Shown here: piece after piece, positions 9,845 through 18,248 of the stretch
Numbering within the stretch: the first letter of the stretch is position 1
Layout of the letters: each line of letters starts with the position of its first letter
NCBI GenBank assembly: GCA_016702545.1
Contig: JADJDT010000015.1
Coordinates: forward strand, 69,744-133,743
Source of the DNA: Pseudomonadota bacterium
GTDB taxonomy: Bacteria; Myxococcota_A; Polyangia; GCA-2747355
Length of the DNA: 64,000 nucleotides
Direction: 5' to 3'
The notes under the pieces: model-generated
What the model was told of the DNA's origin: nothing
Databases searched by the model: none
Seen by the model: only the letters and a program-made list of their open reading frames with translations
Position numbers and translations under genes: made by a program

Positions 9845-10366
9845 ATGTGTCGCCCGCGAAGCATCGTCGGCTGTGTGGCGCTCCTCGTCGCCGGCACCTG
9901 GAGCCTGATCTGGGGCGCCTACGCGCTGACCATGGCGCCCGTCGCGAGCGGTGTGTCGGCGATGAGCCAGGAGGCGCTGGCCCTGACCGCCGAGGTGATC
10001 GCCGAGGCCGAGCAAGCGCCTGCCCAAGCGGATCACGGCCCAGCGCGCGGACCGCTCGCGCCGAGCGAAGCGCCCTCCGGCGGCGCGGGGCTCGACCGAC
10101 GACTCGCCGGCTGCGGTGCGGCCCTGCTCGGCAGCGGGGCCCTCGCGCTGGTCGCCGCGCTGCTGCGCCTGAGGCGCCGCGCCCGCCGCTTGGTCTGGGC
10201 GGCAGCAGCCGCTGGCGTCGCCGCCGAGCTGGTATGGTTGGCGGTCATCGGCACCTGGATCGTCCCTGCGCTTGGCCGCGCTGGGCTCTACCTGGTCGGC
10301 GGCGCCCTCGCCGCGCCGGCCGGCGCGGGCCGCCCCACGACGGACCCGGGCAAGGCGGCGGATTGA
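9845..10366 (+). CDS. hypothetical membrane protein
   Basis: ATG at 9845 (MCRPRSIVGCVALLVAGTW...) and 3-4 predicted TM segments. Confidence 0.45.
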   Translation: MCRPRSIVGCVALLVAGTWSLIWGAYALTMAPVASGVSAMSQEALALTAEVIAEAEQAPAQADHGPARGPLAPSEAPSGGAGLDRRLAGCGAALLGSGALALVAALLRLRRRARRLVWAAAAAGVAAELVWLAVIGTWIVPALGRAGLYLVGGALAAPAGAGRPTTDPGKAAD

Positions 10367-10388
10367 GGGCTCGGCTGCGACCCTCGTG

Positions 10389-10424
10389 GCGCTCAGGTGT
10401 CGATCAGCGCTCAGGTGTCGATCA
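10389..10424. repeat. 18-bp perfect tandem duplication (x2) spanning the Rieske gene stop codon
   Basis: GCGCTCAGGTGTCGATCA occurs twice in tandem. Each copy carries an in-frame TGA on the minus strand. Confidence 0.9.
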
Positions 10425-10896
10425 GAATGCGCTCACCCGTGGCCTCGAGCCGCGCCGGCAACGGTGGCCCGAGGCCCCGGGGCGCCGGACCCTTGAGCAA
10501 ACGACCGTCCCGCGCAAAGCGCGAGCCGTGCTCCGGACAGACCACCTCGCCACGCTGATGGTCGTAAGCCAAGCGCATCCGTCGATGCGGACAGGTCGCG
10601 GGAAAGGCCAGCACTTCGCGCGCGCCGCTGCGTGCCAGCAGCACCTCGCGTCCGTCCAGCCGCACGATCACGAAGGCCCCCACCCGCCGCAGCTGGGGCA
10701 CGAGAGCAAGACGGATCGCGAGCTTGCGCGCCCAGCTGCGCCGCGGCCAGAGCCACAGCATCGCCACCCCGGCGACCCGCTGGAACCAACCCCGCCGGGA
10801 GATCCGAACCTTCCCCGACGGCTCCGCCGGCGCTGCAACCCGACAGGGCGTCCCACCGGCGCAGGGGCATAGTGCTGGCTTGGTGCTGTCGTGCAT
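10411..10896 (-). CDS. Rieske (2Fe-2S) domain protein with a Tat-type signal
   Basis: CPHRRMRL ... CPEHGSRF (CxH...CxxH), plus a twin-arginine motif SRRGWFQRV. Confidence 0.8.
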   Translation of the reverse strand: MHDSTKPALCPCAGGTPCRVAAPAEPSGKVRISRRGWFQRVAGVAMLWLWPRRSWARKLAIRLALVPQLRRVGAFVIVRLDGREVLLARSGAREVLAFPATCPHRRMRLAYDHQRGEVVCPEHGSRFARDGRLLKGPAPRGLGPPLPARLEATGERILIDT

Positions 10897-10946
10897 CGGG
10901 GTCCGCAGCCCGACCCTGGGCGCAGCGCGAGTCTACCCGAGCACCG

Positions 10947-11032
10947 CGCTCGAACCCAACCCGCGCTCAAACCCAACCCCCGCTCAAACCCAACCCCCGC
11001 TCAAACCCAACCCCCGCTCAAACCCAACCCCG
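10947..11032. repeat. ~18-bp tandem repeat array (about 5 units, CGCTCAAACCCAACCCCC)
   Basis: Direct reading. One degenerate unit, three perfect units and one partial unit. The last unit encodes the radC C-terminus and stop codon. Confidence 0.9.
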
Positions 11033-11698
11033 GTCAGCGAAGCTGACGAAGCTGCCATCCCCCACCACCAGGTGATCGAGCAGCGGGATGCCCAGCAGGC
11101 GGCCCCCATGGGCCAACCGGTCGGTGAGCTGGCGATCGGCTTCGCTGGGCTCGGGATCGCCGCTCGGGTGGTTGTGCGCCACGATGCCGGCCGCCGCCTG
11201 TTCGCGCAGCAGCGGCGCGAAGACCTCGCGCGGATGCACCTCGACGCCGGTCACGCTGCCCTGCGCGACCTGCGTCAGCGACAGCAGGCGGTTCTTGGCA
11301 TCGAGCGCCAGCACGACGAAGACCTCGTGGCGCAGACCGAGCAGGCGGCCGCCGACGCAGCGATAGACGGCCTCACTGCGCGTCAGGGGCTCGCCGCGGC
11401 GGGTCCACGAGCCCGCAGGCGCCGGCTCAGCTCGCCCACCGCCAGCAGGGGCACAGGCGCGCGCCTGGCCGATGCCCCGCACCTGTATCAGCTCACCGAC
11501 GCGGCAGCGCTCGAGGGCCTCGATCCCGCCGAGCCGACCGAGCAGCTCACGGCAGGTCTCTACCACCCCTCCCGACGCGCGCGTGGTGGCGCCGACCACC
11601 AGGGCGAGCAGCTCGGCGTCGCTCAGACCGGCAGCCCCACCAGCGAGCAGCCGCTCGCGTGGGCGCTCGGAAGCGGGCCACTGCAGGATCGCCGACAT
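11018..11698 (-). CDS. radC: RadC-family JAB-domain protein
   Basis: ATG at 11698 gives MSAILQWPASERPRERLL.., the typical RadC N-terminus. JAMM motif HNHPSGDPEPSEAD. Confidence 0.85.
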   Translation of the reverse strand: MSAILQWPASERPRERLLAGGAAGLSDAELLALVVGATTRASGGVVETCRELLGRLGGIEALERCRVGELIQVRGIGQARACAPAGGGRAEPAPAGSWTRRGEPLTRSEAVYRCVGGRLLGLRHEVFVVLALDAKNRLLSLTQVAQGSVTGVEVHPREVFAPLLREQAAAGIVAHNHPSGDPEPSEADRQLTDRLAHGGRLLGIPLLDHLVVGDGSFVSFADRGWV

Positions 11699-11838
11699 GC
11701 GTGACCGGATCAGCACGGCCCGTGCCATCCGGCTGTGGCCCTGAATACGCGGCCTTCTCGGACCAGGTGAGGACGGCGCCCGGTATCCGGTCCGAAGACC
11801 GGACGCGAGCGCCGAATGCTCGCTCCCTGGGAAGCTCC

Positions 11839-12324
11839 CTAGGAAGGCGGCGCAGGCGAGACGATCTGGGTGTACTCACCCTCGAACTCATCGGCCGCCG
11901 TCTCGATGACGAGCGGCGCGGCGTCGATGAATTCTTCGCTGCCGGGTCCGCCAAACCGCCGCCGATCACCGATCCGCCGATCGATCTGGAACACGCGCCC
12001 GTCCGCCGCGCCGGCCCGCCGTGGGACGGCCCGCCGTTCGCGCGCCAGCCGCGCCCGCAGCTCGAGCAAGCTCTGCGGTACATCATCCATCCGGTGCAGG
12101 CGCTGGCCGCAGGTATGGCACATCGGCATCCAGCGCCGCCGGTACTCGATCAGCTGCAGGTCATCGCGCCGCCGATTACCGCAGACCACGCAGGCCGCGC
12201 CGGCTCCGACGGGGCGGGACTCGGCCCAGCGCAAATAACAGACGGTGCAGCGGCCCCGCCGAAGGTGCGGAACCTCGGCGCCGCAGGCCTGACAACACTC
12301 GCCCTTGGACTCGGTGGCGCTCAT
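11839..12324 (-). CDS. hypothetical zinc-ribbon protein
   Basis: ATG at 12324 (MSATESKGECCQACG...). Four CxxC pairs are present. Confidence 0.5.
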   Translation of the reverse strand: MSATESKGECCQACGAEVPHLRRGRCTVCYLRWAESRPVGAGAACVVCGNRRRDDLQLIEYRRRWMPMCHTCGQRLHRMDDVPQSLLELRARLARERRAVPRRAGAADGRVFQIDRRIGDRRRFGGPGSEEFIDAAPLVIETAADEFEGEYTQIVSPAPPS

Positions 12325-12764
12325 CCCGGCTACCTCCCGTGCCGCCGGCCTCGCCGCGCAGCGACAAGGCCCCCGCCCAGCTGCGGCGAACGCCGCGCCG
12401 AACGGCGCACCACGACCGCCGAAGGCTACTGAGCCCTCCGCCATCGCTGGCGCCCGTGGCGACAGTGGCCTCATTCTCGGCCGGCCGCGCAGCACCGGGC
12501 AACTTTTCGCGCGGTCGTCCACGGGGCTGCCGCGCAGCTCGCCTGAGCCCGCGGCTTGCCCGGACCTTCGCCAACACGGCCAGGGGTACCCCCCGGGCCT
12601 TGCTCGGCCCGACGGGGGCCTTGCCGGGTTCTGCTGGGGTTCGTCGCGCGCGCTGGGGTTCGCTGGGGCCCTTGCGGGCTGAGGGGATCGCGCCGCAGGG
12701 CCCTACGAGGCCCTGCATGGCGCCAGCGGGCGGCTGGCGCGCATTGACGCCGGACGGGCTAGGG

Positions 12765-12837
12765 TGACCCCGGAAGGAATCGAACCTTCAACAAACGGAT
12801 TAAGAGTCCGCTGCTCTGCCAGTTGAGCTACGGGGCC
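12765..12837 (-). tRNA. tRNA-Lys (anticodon CTT)
   Basis: Hand-folded 73-nt cloverleaf: acceptor GGCCCCG/CGGGGTC, D stem GCTC/GAGC, anticodon loop CTCTTAA, T arm GAAGG-TTCGATT-CCTTC. CCA is not encoded. Confidence 0.9.
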
Positions 12838-12855
12838 GCGCCGAACTGCAGCAGG

Positions 12856-12885
12856 CGTATAGCTTCGGGCCGTGGTGGGTGTCAA
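12856..12885 (-). promoter_or_regulatory. sigma70-like promoter for tRNA-Lys (TTGACA - 18 nt - TATACG)
   Basis: The minus strand reads TTGACA (12885-12880) and TATACG (12861-12856), about 19 nt upstream of the tRNA 5' end. Confidence 0.5.
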
Positions 12886-12888
12886 GAC

Positions 12889-13416
12889 TCAGTCCAAGCG
12901 CTCCAGCAGCTGCTGCGCCAACGACACCAAGCGCTCGTCCTCTGCGGTATCACGAATCAGCCGGAGCTGCCCCACCACGGCCCGCGCACGACGCGGACGC
13001 TGCTGGTCGATCTGCGTCAGCAAGCGCTCGATCGCCTCGATCTGGCGCGCTGCATCGCGATGCTCGATCAACCGCGCCAGCAGCTCGACGTCGTCGGGCC
13101 AACCCCAGTGTGCGAGATAGGCATCGGCCGCCACCGTCACGGCGTCGCGACCCTCCGCCGCGACGAGCTGGCGCAGGGCCGCTTGCCGCTCCACACCGTC
13201 CGCGTCCGGCGGCGCGGCCGCGACCCCCTGCGCCTCGACCAGCTTGCCGATCCGACCGCTATCGAACAGGCGATCGAGCGCCGCGCGATACGACTGCTGG
13301 CTGCGGGCCCCGCGAGCGGCGCCGCCCGCGGGCCGCTCCTCGCGCCGCTGGGCGCTGTGGTCGCGTTGTTGATCGATCTCGCGCCAGCTCTTGCGGCGCC
13401 GCCCCTCGTCGCTCAT
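12889..13416 (-). CDS. hypothetical protein
   Basis: ATG at 13416 (MSDEGRRRKSWREIDQQRDH...). It shares a 4-nt ATGA overlap with the upstream membrane-protein gene. Confidence 0.55.
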   Translation of the reverse strand: MSDEGRRRKSWREIDQQRDHSAQRREERPAGGAARGARSQQSYRAALDRLFDSGRIGKLVEAQGVAAAPPDADGVERQAALRQLVAAEGRDAVTVAADAYLAHWGWPDDVELLARLIEHRDAARQIEAIERLLTQIDQQRPRRARAVVGQLRLIRDTAEDERLVSLAQQLLERLD

Positions 13417-14210
13417 GGTCCCCTCGCTCCCGCGCGCACCGCGCGCGCCTGCTCCGCGACAAAATCGCCGACGAGCCGCGCCTGGATCAGCGCCGCCCAG
13501 CTGGCGAAGAGATGCGTGGCCAGCGGGGCCGCCAAGGGCACCGGCACCGCGTCCTCCAGCAGCCCACCCGCTGCATGCAACAGCAGCATGACCACCGCCA
13601 CGACCTGCAGCGCCGCGACCAGCGCCAGGAAGGCACGTCGAGCACCCCAGGCCTGACGCCAGATCACCGGCGGCCAAAGCAGGAGCCAGCACCGTCGCGT
13701 GCTCGCCGCGGTCGCCAGCGCGGCCGGCAGGACGAAGAGTTCGATCCACAACCAGACGAGGCCCTGCCAGTGCGCGACGCGCAACAGCTCCAGCGCGCGC
13801 AGCTGCAAGCGAGTGGCGAAGTCGCCCAATCCGAGTGTCTGCTGCGCACACCATAACAGCGGCCCCCAGTACCAGAGGGCGAGCACCGTGCCCTGTAGCA
13901 GGGGGAAGCTGAGCGTGTCCCAGGTGTCGCGGTAATCGCGCGCACGCGGCAGGCGCAGCGAACCGCCGCTCGCCTTGCGCAGCACCAGATAGAAATAGCC
14001 CAGGAAGAGCAGCCGCCCGGCCACCGCCAGCGCGACCGTGGCGCCGGCCCACAGCGCCGCCAGGCGATCGGCGAGCGCCAACAACAGCGCGAGCGTTCCC
14101 AGTGCCAGCCAGCTGTCGGCATGGACGGCGTAACCGAACGCGAGCCGCAAACGCTGCCGCACCGTCATCATCAACACCGTCCACGCGCCGGCACCGCTCG
14201 CGCCGGCCAC
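13413..14210 (-). CDS. hypothetical polytopic membrane protein
   Basis: 265 aa with multiple hydrophobic helices. Translationally coupled to the 12889..13416 gene. Confidence 0.55.
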   Translation of the reverse strand: MAGASGAGAWTVLMMTVRQRLRLAFGYAVHADSWLALGTLALLLALADRLAALWAGATVALAVAGRLLFLGYFYLVLRKASGGSLRLPRARDYRDTWDTLSFPLLQGTVLALWYWGPLLWCAQQTLGLGDFATRLQLRALELLRVAHWQGLVWLWIELFVLPAALATAASTRRCWLLLWPPVIWRQAWGARRAFLALVAALQVVAVVMLLLHAAGGLLEDAVPVPLAAPLATHLFASWAALIQARLVGDFVAEQARAVRAGARGP

Positions 14211-14226
14211 CCGCGGCGACCGCCCG

Positions 14227-15030
14227 CTACGGTTGAGCCACCAGTCCGATCACGTTGAGCTGGCGTCCCGTCGCGCTTCCCTCTCGACGATAGGAATAGA
14301 AGAGCGCGGCGTCGCGACGCGTGCAATGCGTGCTCGCCGTGTACTGTCGCACGCCGCGGCGCCGCAGCAGCTCACCCGCGGCCGCCCGCAGGTCCAGGTG
14401 CGGACGACGATCGGGCGACGGCCGCCACCACGCCCCTTCGAGATGACCGAGCGCCGCCACCACCTCCTCACCCACCTCGTAGGCCTCGCGCCCAATCGCC
14501 GGACCCGCCACCACCACGAGCTCCTCGGGCTGACAGCCCCAACCGGCCACCAGCCGGTCGAGCGTGGCCTCCAGGACCCCACCAGCGAGGCCACGCCAGC
14601 CGGCGTGAACCGCAGCCACCACCCCCCGCCGCGCATCCGCGAGCAACACCGGCACACAGTCCGCGGTGCTGACGGCCACCGCGGTGCCGGGGCGATCGGT
14701 GATCAGAGCGTCGGCCTCGATCACCGCCAGGTCGCACGCCTTGCCACCCGCCGGCACGGTCACGACCCGCGCGCCATGGACCTGTCGCACGCGGAAGAGC
14801 GCGTCGGCGGCGACACCGACGGCCGCGGCCACAGCGCCGAGCTGCTGCTGCGGACGCTCGGCCGACGCCGACGCCTCAGCCCCCGCTGACGACGTCACCG
14901 GCGCGGCTCCGAGGCGCGTGCCAAAGCCGTGCCGCACGCCGGGACGCTCCAGTGCCGTACAGCGCAGCAGCGGCGCCGCCCCCCTCGCGCCGTGATCGAG
15001 TTCGAAGCGCGCAGGCACCACTTCAGCCAT
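14227..15030 (-). CDS. pgeF: peptidoglycan editing factor PgeF (YfiH/DUF152 laccase-domain family)
   Basis: Motifs ADALIT, STADCVPVLL and AAVHAGWRG. It sits downstream of rluD, as in the classical rluD-yfiH pair. Confidence 0.85.
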   Translation of the reverse strand: MAEVVPARFELDHGARGAAPLLRCTALERPGVRHGFGTRLGAAPVTSSAGAEASASAERPQQQLGAVAAAVGVAADALFRVRQVHGARVVTVPAGGKACDLAVIEADALITDRPGTAVAVSTADCVPVLLADARRGVVAAVHAGWRGLAGGVLEATLDRLVAGWGCQPEELVVVAGPAIGREAYEVGEEVVAALGHLEGAWWRPSPDRRPHLDLRAAAGELLRRRGVRQYTASTHCTRRDAALFYSYRREGSATGRQLNVIGLVAQP

Positions 15031-16009
15031 CCTGACCTCCCCGTGCGGCTCGCAGCCGCGCCAGCGCTTGCGCCATATCCGCTGGCAGCGGCGACGCGAA
15101 GCTCAGCTGCGCGCCGCTGACGGGGTGCACGAAGGCCAGCAGACAGGCGTGCAGCGCCTGCCGCTGCAGCGCCCGGCCGACCTCGCGCAGCAGCGGATCG
15201 GCGGGAGGGCCACCGTAGAGTGGGTCACCGAGCACCTGATGGCCATGCTCGGCGAGGTGCACGCGCACCTGATGCGTGCGCCCGGTTTCCAACCGCGCCT
15301 CGACCAGCGAACTGGCGGGCAAGGGCTCGACGACACGCCAGTGGGTGATCGCCGTGCGGCCGCGCTCGCAACGCGAAGTAAAGCGCTTGCGATCGTGCGG
15401 GTGGCGCCCATGCAGCGTGCGAAACGACCCCGTCGCGGTCGCGAAGCGCCCGACGACCAGTGCCAGATACGCGCGCTCGATCGTGTGCCGGCGGAATTGC
15501 TCGCCCAGCCCTTCGTGCGCCCGATCGGTCTTGGTCGCCACCATCACCCCGCTCGTGAGCTTGTCCAGCCGATGGACGATGCCCGGACGCAGCACCCCAC
15601 CGACCCCTGAAAGCTGCCGGCAATGCCCCAGCAGCGCCGCGACCAGCGTGCCCTCGAGGTGTCCCGGAGCGGGGTGCACGACCATGCCGGCCGGCTTGTC
15701 GATCACGATCAGCTCGTCGTCCTCATACAGCACCGCGAGCGCGACGTGCTCCGGCCGCAGCTCGCTCGCCGTGGCGGGCGGCGGCGCGTAGTTGACCACG
15801 TCACCCTGCTTGAGCCGCTGCGCCGGGCGTCCGGCCTCGTCGTTGACGAGGCAAGAGCCGGCATCGAGATGGCGCTTGATTTGCGAGCGACTGTGCGGAA
15901 TCTCGCGGACCACGAGATAGCTATCGAGACGCTGCCCGGCCTCGTCGGCCGTGACCGTGAAGCGATAGCCCTCCGGGGCCGGCGGGGCGGGAGCCAGCTC
16001 GCCCTTCAC
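15023..16009 (-). CDS. rluD: RluA/RluD-family 23S rRNA pseudouridine synthase
   Basis: S4-like N-terminus, catalytic motif HRLDKLTSGVMV. GTG start with a GTGA overlap onto the upstream ORF. Confidence 0.85.
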   Translation of the reverse strand: MKGELAPAPPAPEGYRFTVTADEAGQRLDSYLVVREIPHSRSQIKRHLDAGSCLVNDEAGRPAQRLKQGDVVNYAPPPATASELRPEHVALAVLYEDDELIVIDKPAGMVVHPAPGHLEGTLVAALLGHCRQLSGVGGVLRPGIVHRLDKLTSGVMVATKTDRAHEGLGEQFRRHTIERAYLALVVGRFATATGSFRTLHGRHPHDRKRFTSRCERGRTAITHWRVVEPLPASSLVEARLETGRTHQVRVHLAEHGHQVLGDPLYGGPPADPLLREVGRALQRQALHACLLAFVHPVSGAQLSFASPLPADMAQALARLRAARGGQDG

Positions 16010-16284
16010 CAGATCTTGGACTTGACGTGCCCTTTGCTCTTGACCAGCACGTCCACCACGGCTCGATCGTAGATATTGAGCTTGTGCAACGGCTCGGCGA
16101 CGCGTTTCTGGAACAGGTCGCGCCCCTCGGTGATCTCCGCGGCCATCACCTCGAAGAGGTTGTCGCGCTCGATCCCCTCGACGATCTTGGCCTCATGGTA
16201 GAGGCTGAGATCCGAGGCAATCGCGCGCGCCAGTTGCCGCGCACGCTCGGGCTTATCGATTAGCTGTCGAATCGGCTTGGCCAT
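16006..16284 (-). CDS. small conserved hypothetical protein
   Basis: 92 aa with balanced composition. Coupled to rluD by a GTGA overlap. Confidence 0.5.
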   Translation of the reverse strand: MAKPIRQLIDKPERARQLARAIASDLSLYHEAKIVEGIERDNLFEVMAAEITEGRDLFQKRVAEPLHKLNIYDRAVVDVLVKSKGHVKSKIW

Positions 16285-16493
16285 CCGGTCTCTCTCATAC
16301 CTTCAAAGGCGTGCAGCGAAGCTAACAGAGGGCCTCCGTGCTGTCAAAACGGTGGGCCTGAACACGGGGCCCGCGGCCGCGCCCTGGCCCCGCGCTGGAG
16401 CGGCCCCCGCAGGCGCCGGGGCTCCGAGCCTTCACGCGCGACCAGGGGGCGTGCTATGCAGCCACGGCAGGCCGCCGAAACCAACGGCCCGCT

Positions 16494-18242
16494 GTGGCAG
16501 CGATGAACCCAGCCGACGCCGACCCCAGCCTCAGCCCGAGCCAGCCCCTCCCCGCCAGCGGACGGCGCGCGGACGCCGACGGCGTGACCCGCGTGCCCAC
16601 GGGTGAGTTCGAGGGCGAGGGGGCCCAGGAGGGCGGCGGCGCCGGGGACGCGGACGGCCCATCCTCCTCCGGCGCCGGGGAAGCCGATCCCAGCGTCAAC
16701 GGCCTGACGCGACCGCGCATCATCGCGATCGCCGGCGGCAAGGGCGGCGTCGGCTGCAGCGTGATCGCTTCCAGCATCGGCATCTATCTCGCCCAGCTCA
16801 GCAAGCGCGTCGTGCTGATCGACGCCAACCTCGGCGCCCCGAACCTGCATACGCTGGTCGGCGTCCACGAGGCCCAGCGTTCGCTGCACCGCTTTCTGCG
16901 GCACGACGTGCGGCGGCTGGAGGAGATGGTCTGCGATACCCCCTTCAAGGGCCTGGGGCTGGTGCCGGGACAGGCCAACGCGCTCGACGCCGCTAATCCG
17001 CGGCCGGTGCAGAAGAAGCGCTTCCTCGCGCAGCTGACCGGCCTGGCCGCCGACTACGTCGTGATCGACGTCGGCCCGGGCACCGGCTTCAATGCCCTCG
17101 ACACCCTGCTCGCCGCCGATCTGCACGTCATGGTGACGCACGCCGAGCCGACGGCCACCGAGTGCCTGGCGCGGCTGATCAAGGCCGCCTTCCTCCGCCA
17201 GGTCCGCGCGCTGCCCGGCGTCGACACGCTGCTGCGCACCCTCGAGGACCACGCCCACTGCGGGCTCCCGTCGCCCAACCAGCTCCGCGACGCCGCCGCC
17301 GCCCGCGAGGACGGCCTGGCCGAGGCCCTGGCGGCCGCGATGGGCGAGCTGCGCCCGCTGATCGTCGTCAACGACACGCGCACCCGTGACGACCTGGAGC
17401 TGGGACCCGCGCTGGCGACCGTGGCGCGGCGTCACCTCGGGCTGCCCGTCGAATACCTGGGCTACGTCGAGAGCGACGACCTCGTCTGGCTCTGCATCCG
17501 CAAGCGCCGCCCGCTGCTGGTGGAGAACCCCGAGGCCAAGGTCAGCCGCGACATCGAGCGCGTGGCGCGCCGGCTGATCGCACGCGACCCGCGCGAGCGC
17601 GGCGCCAGCCTCGAGCCGCCGCCAGTGGCGCTCGACCGTCAGAACCACTACGAGCTGCTCGGCGTCCACCCGGCCGCCAGCGAAGAGGAGCTACGCCGCG
17701 CCCATCGCCAGGTGCGGCGCATCTACGATCCCACCTCGAGCGCGATCTACGGTCTCGCCTCCGCCGAGGAGATCCGCCGCTTCCTGCAGCGCGCCGAAGA
17801 GGCCTACGCCACGCTGATCGATCCGGAGAAGCAGCAGCGTTACAACCAACAGCTCTTCCCAGAGGGCGAGACCCACCCGGCAGCCGCCGCGCCGGGGGCC
17901 GATCGGACGGACGAGCCGGGCGACGTCCCCAACGCCGCGAGCGGGGCGCCCCGCCGCGCCCGACCGGAGATGCCCGTCTTCGATCACCAGACCGTCTTCA
18001 CCGGCGAGCTGCTGCGGCAGGTCCGCGAGGCGCGGGGCGCCGACCTGCAGGATCTCGCCGATCGGACGAAGATCTCGCGCAGCTACCTGGAGGGCATCGA
18101 GGCCGAAAACTTCGCCGGTGGGCTCGCGCCGGTCTACGTGCGCGGCTTCGTCAAGGCGGTCGCGCGCCAGCTCGGTCTCGACCCCGCGCTGGTCGCCGAC
18201 AGCTACATGGCGCACTACGCCGCCGCCGAACGAAAGCGCTAG
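16494..18242 (+). CDS. MinD/ParA-type ATPase fused to a J domain and a RodZ-like HTH domain
   Basis: Deviant Walker A motif AGGKGGVGCS. J-domain-like NHYELLGV...EELRRAHRQVRRIYDP. C-terminal HTH LLRQVREARGADLQDLADRTKISRSYLEGIE. The start may be ATG 16503. Confidence 0.7.
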   Translation: MAAMNPADADPSLSPSQPLPASGRRADADGVTRVPTGEFEGEGAQEGGGAGDADGPSSSGAGEADPSVNGLTRPRIIAIAGGKGGVGCSVIASSIGIYLAQLSKRVVLIDANLGAPNLHTLVGVHEAQRSLHRFLRHDVRRLEEMVCDTPFKGLGLVPGQANALDAANPRPVQKKRFLAQLTGLAADYVVIDVGPGTGFNALDTLLAADLHVMVTHAEPTATECLARLIKAAFLRQVRALPGVDTLLRTLEDHAHCGLPSPNQLRDAAAAREDGLAEALAAAMGELRPLIVVNDTRTRDDLELGPALATVARRHLGLPVEYLGYVESDDLVWLCIRKRRPLLVENPEAKVSRDIERVARRLIARDPRERGASLEPPPVALDRQNHYELLGVHPAASEEELRRAHRQVRRIYDPTSSAIYGLASAEEIRRFLQRAEEAYATLIDPEKQQRYNQQLFPEGETHPAAAAPGADRTDEPGDVPNAASGAPRRARPEMPVFDHQTVFTGELLRQVREARGADLQDLADRTKISRSYLEGIEAENFAGGLAPVYVRGFVKAVARQLGLDPALVADSYMAHYAAAERKR

Positions 18243-18248
18243 CCGCCC

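Noticed and set aside
10947-11032. Possible CRISPR array, considering the tandem repeats here and at 28441-28567.
   Set aside because: The units are contiguous (18 bp and 15 bp) with no spacers. One array is in-frame coding sequence. No cas genes are present.
12765-12837. tRNA-Lys as the integration site (att) for the defence island.
   Set aside because: It is ~40 kb from the island, with ordinary housekeeping genes in between. No integrase and no direct repeat of the tRNA 3' end was seen in the window.
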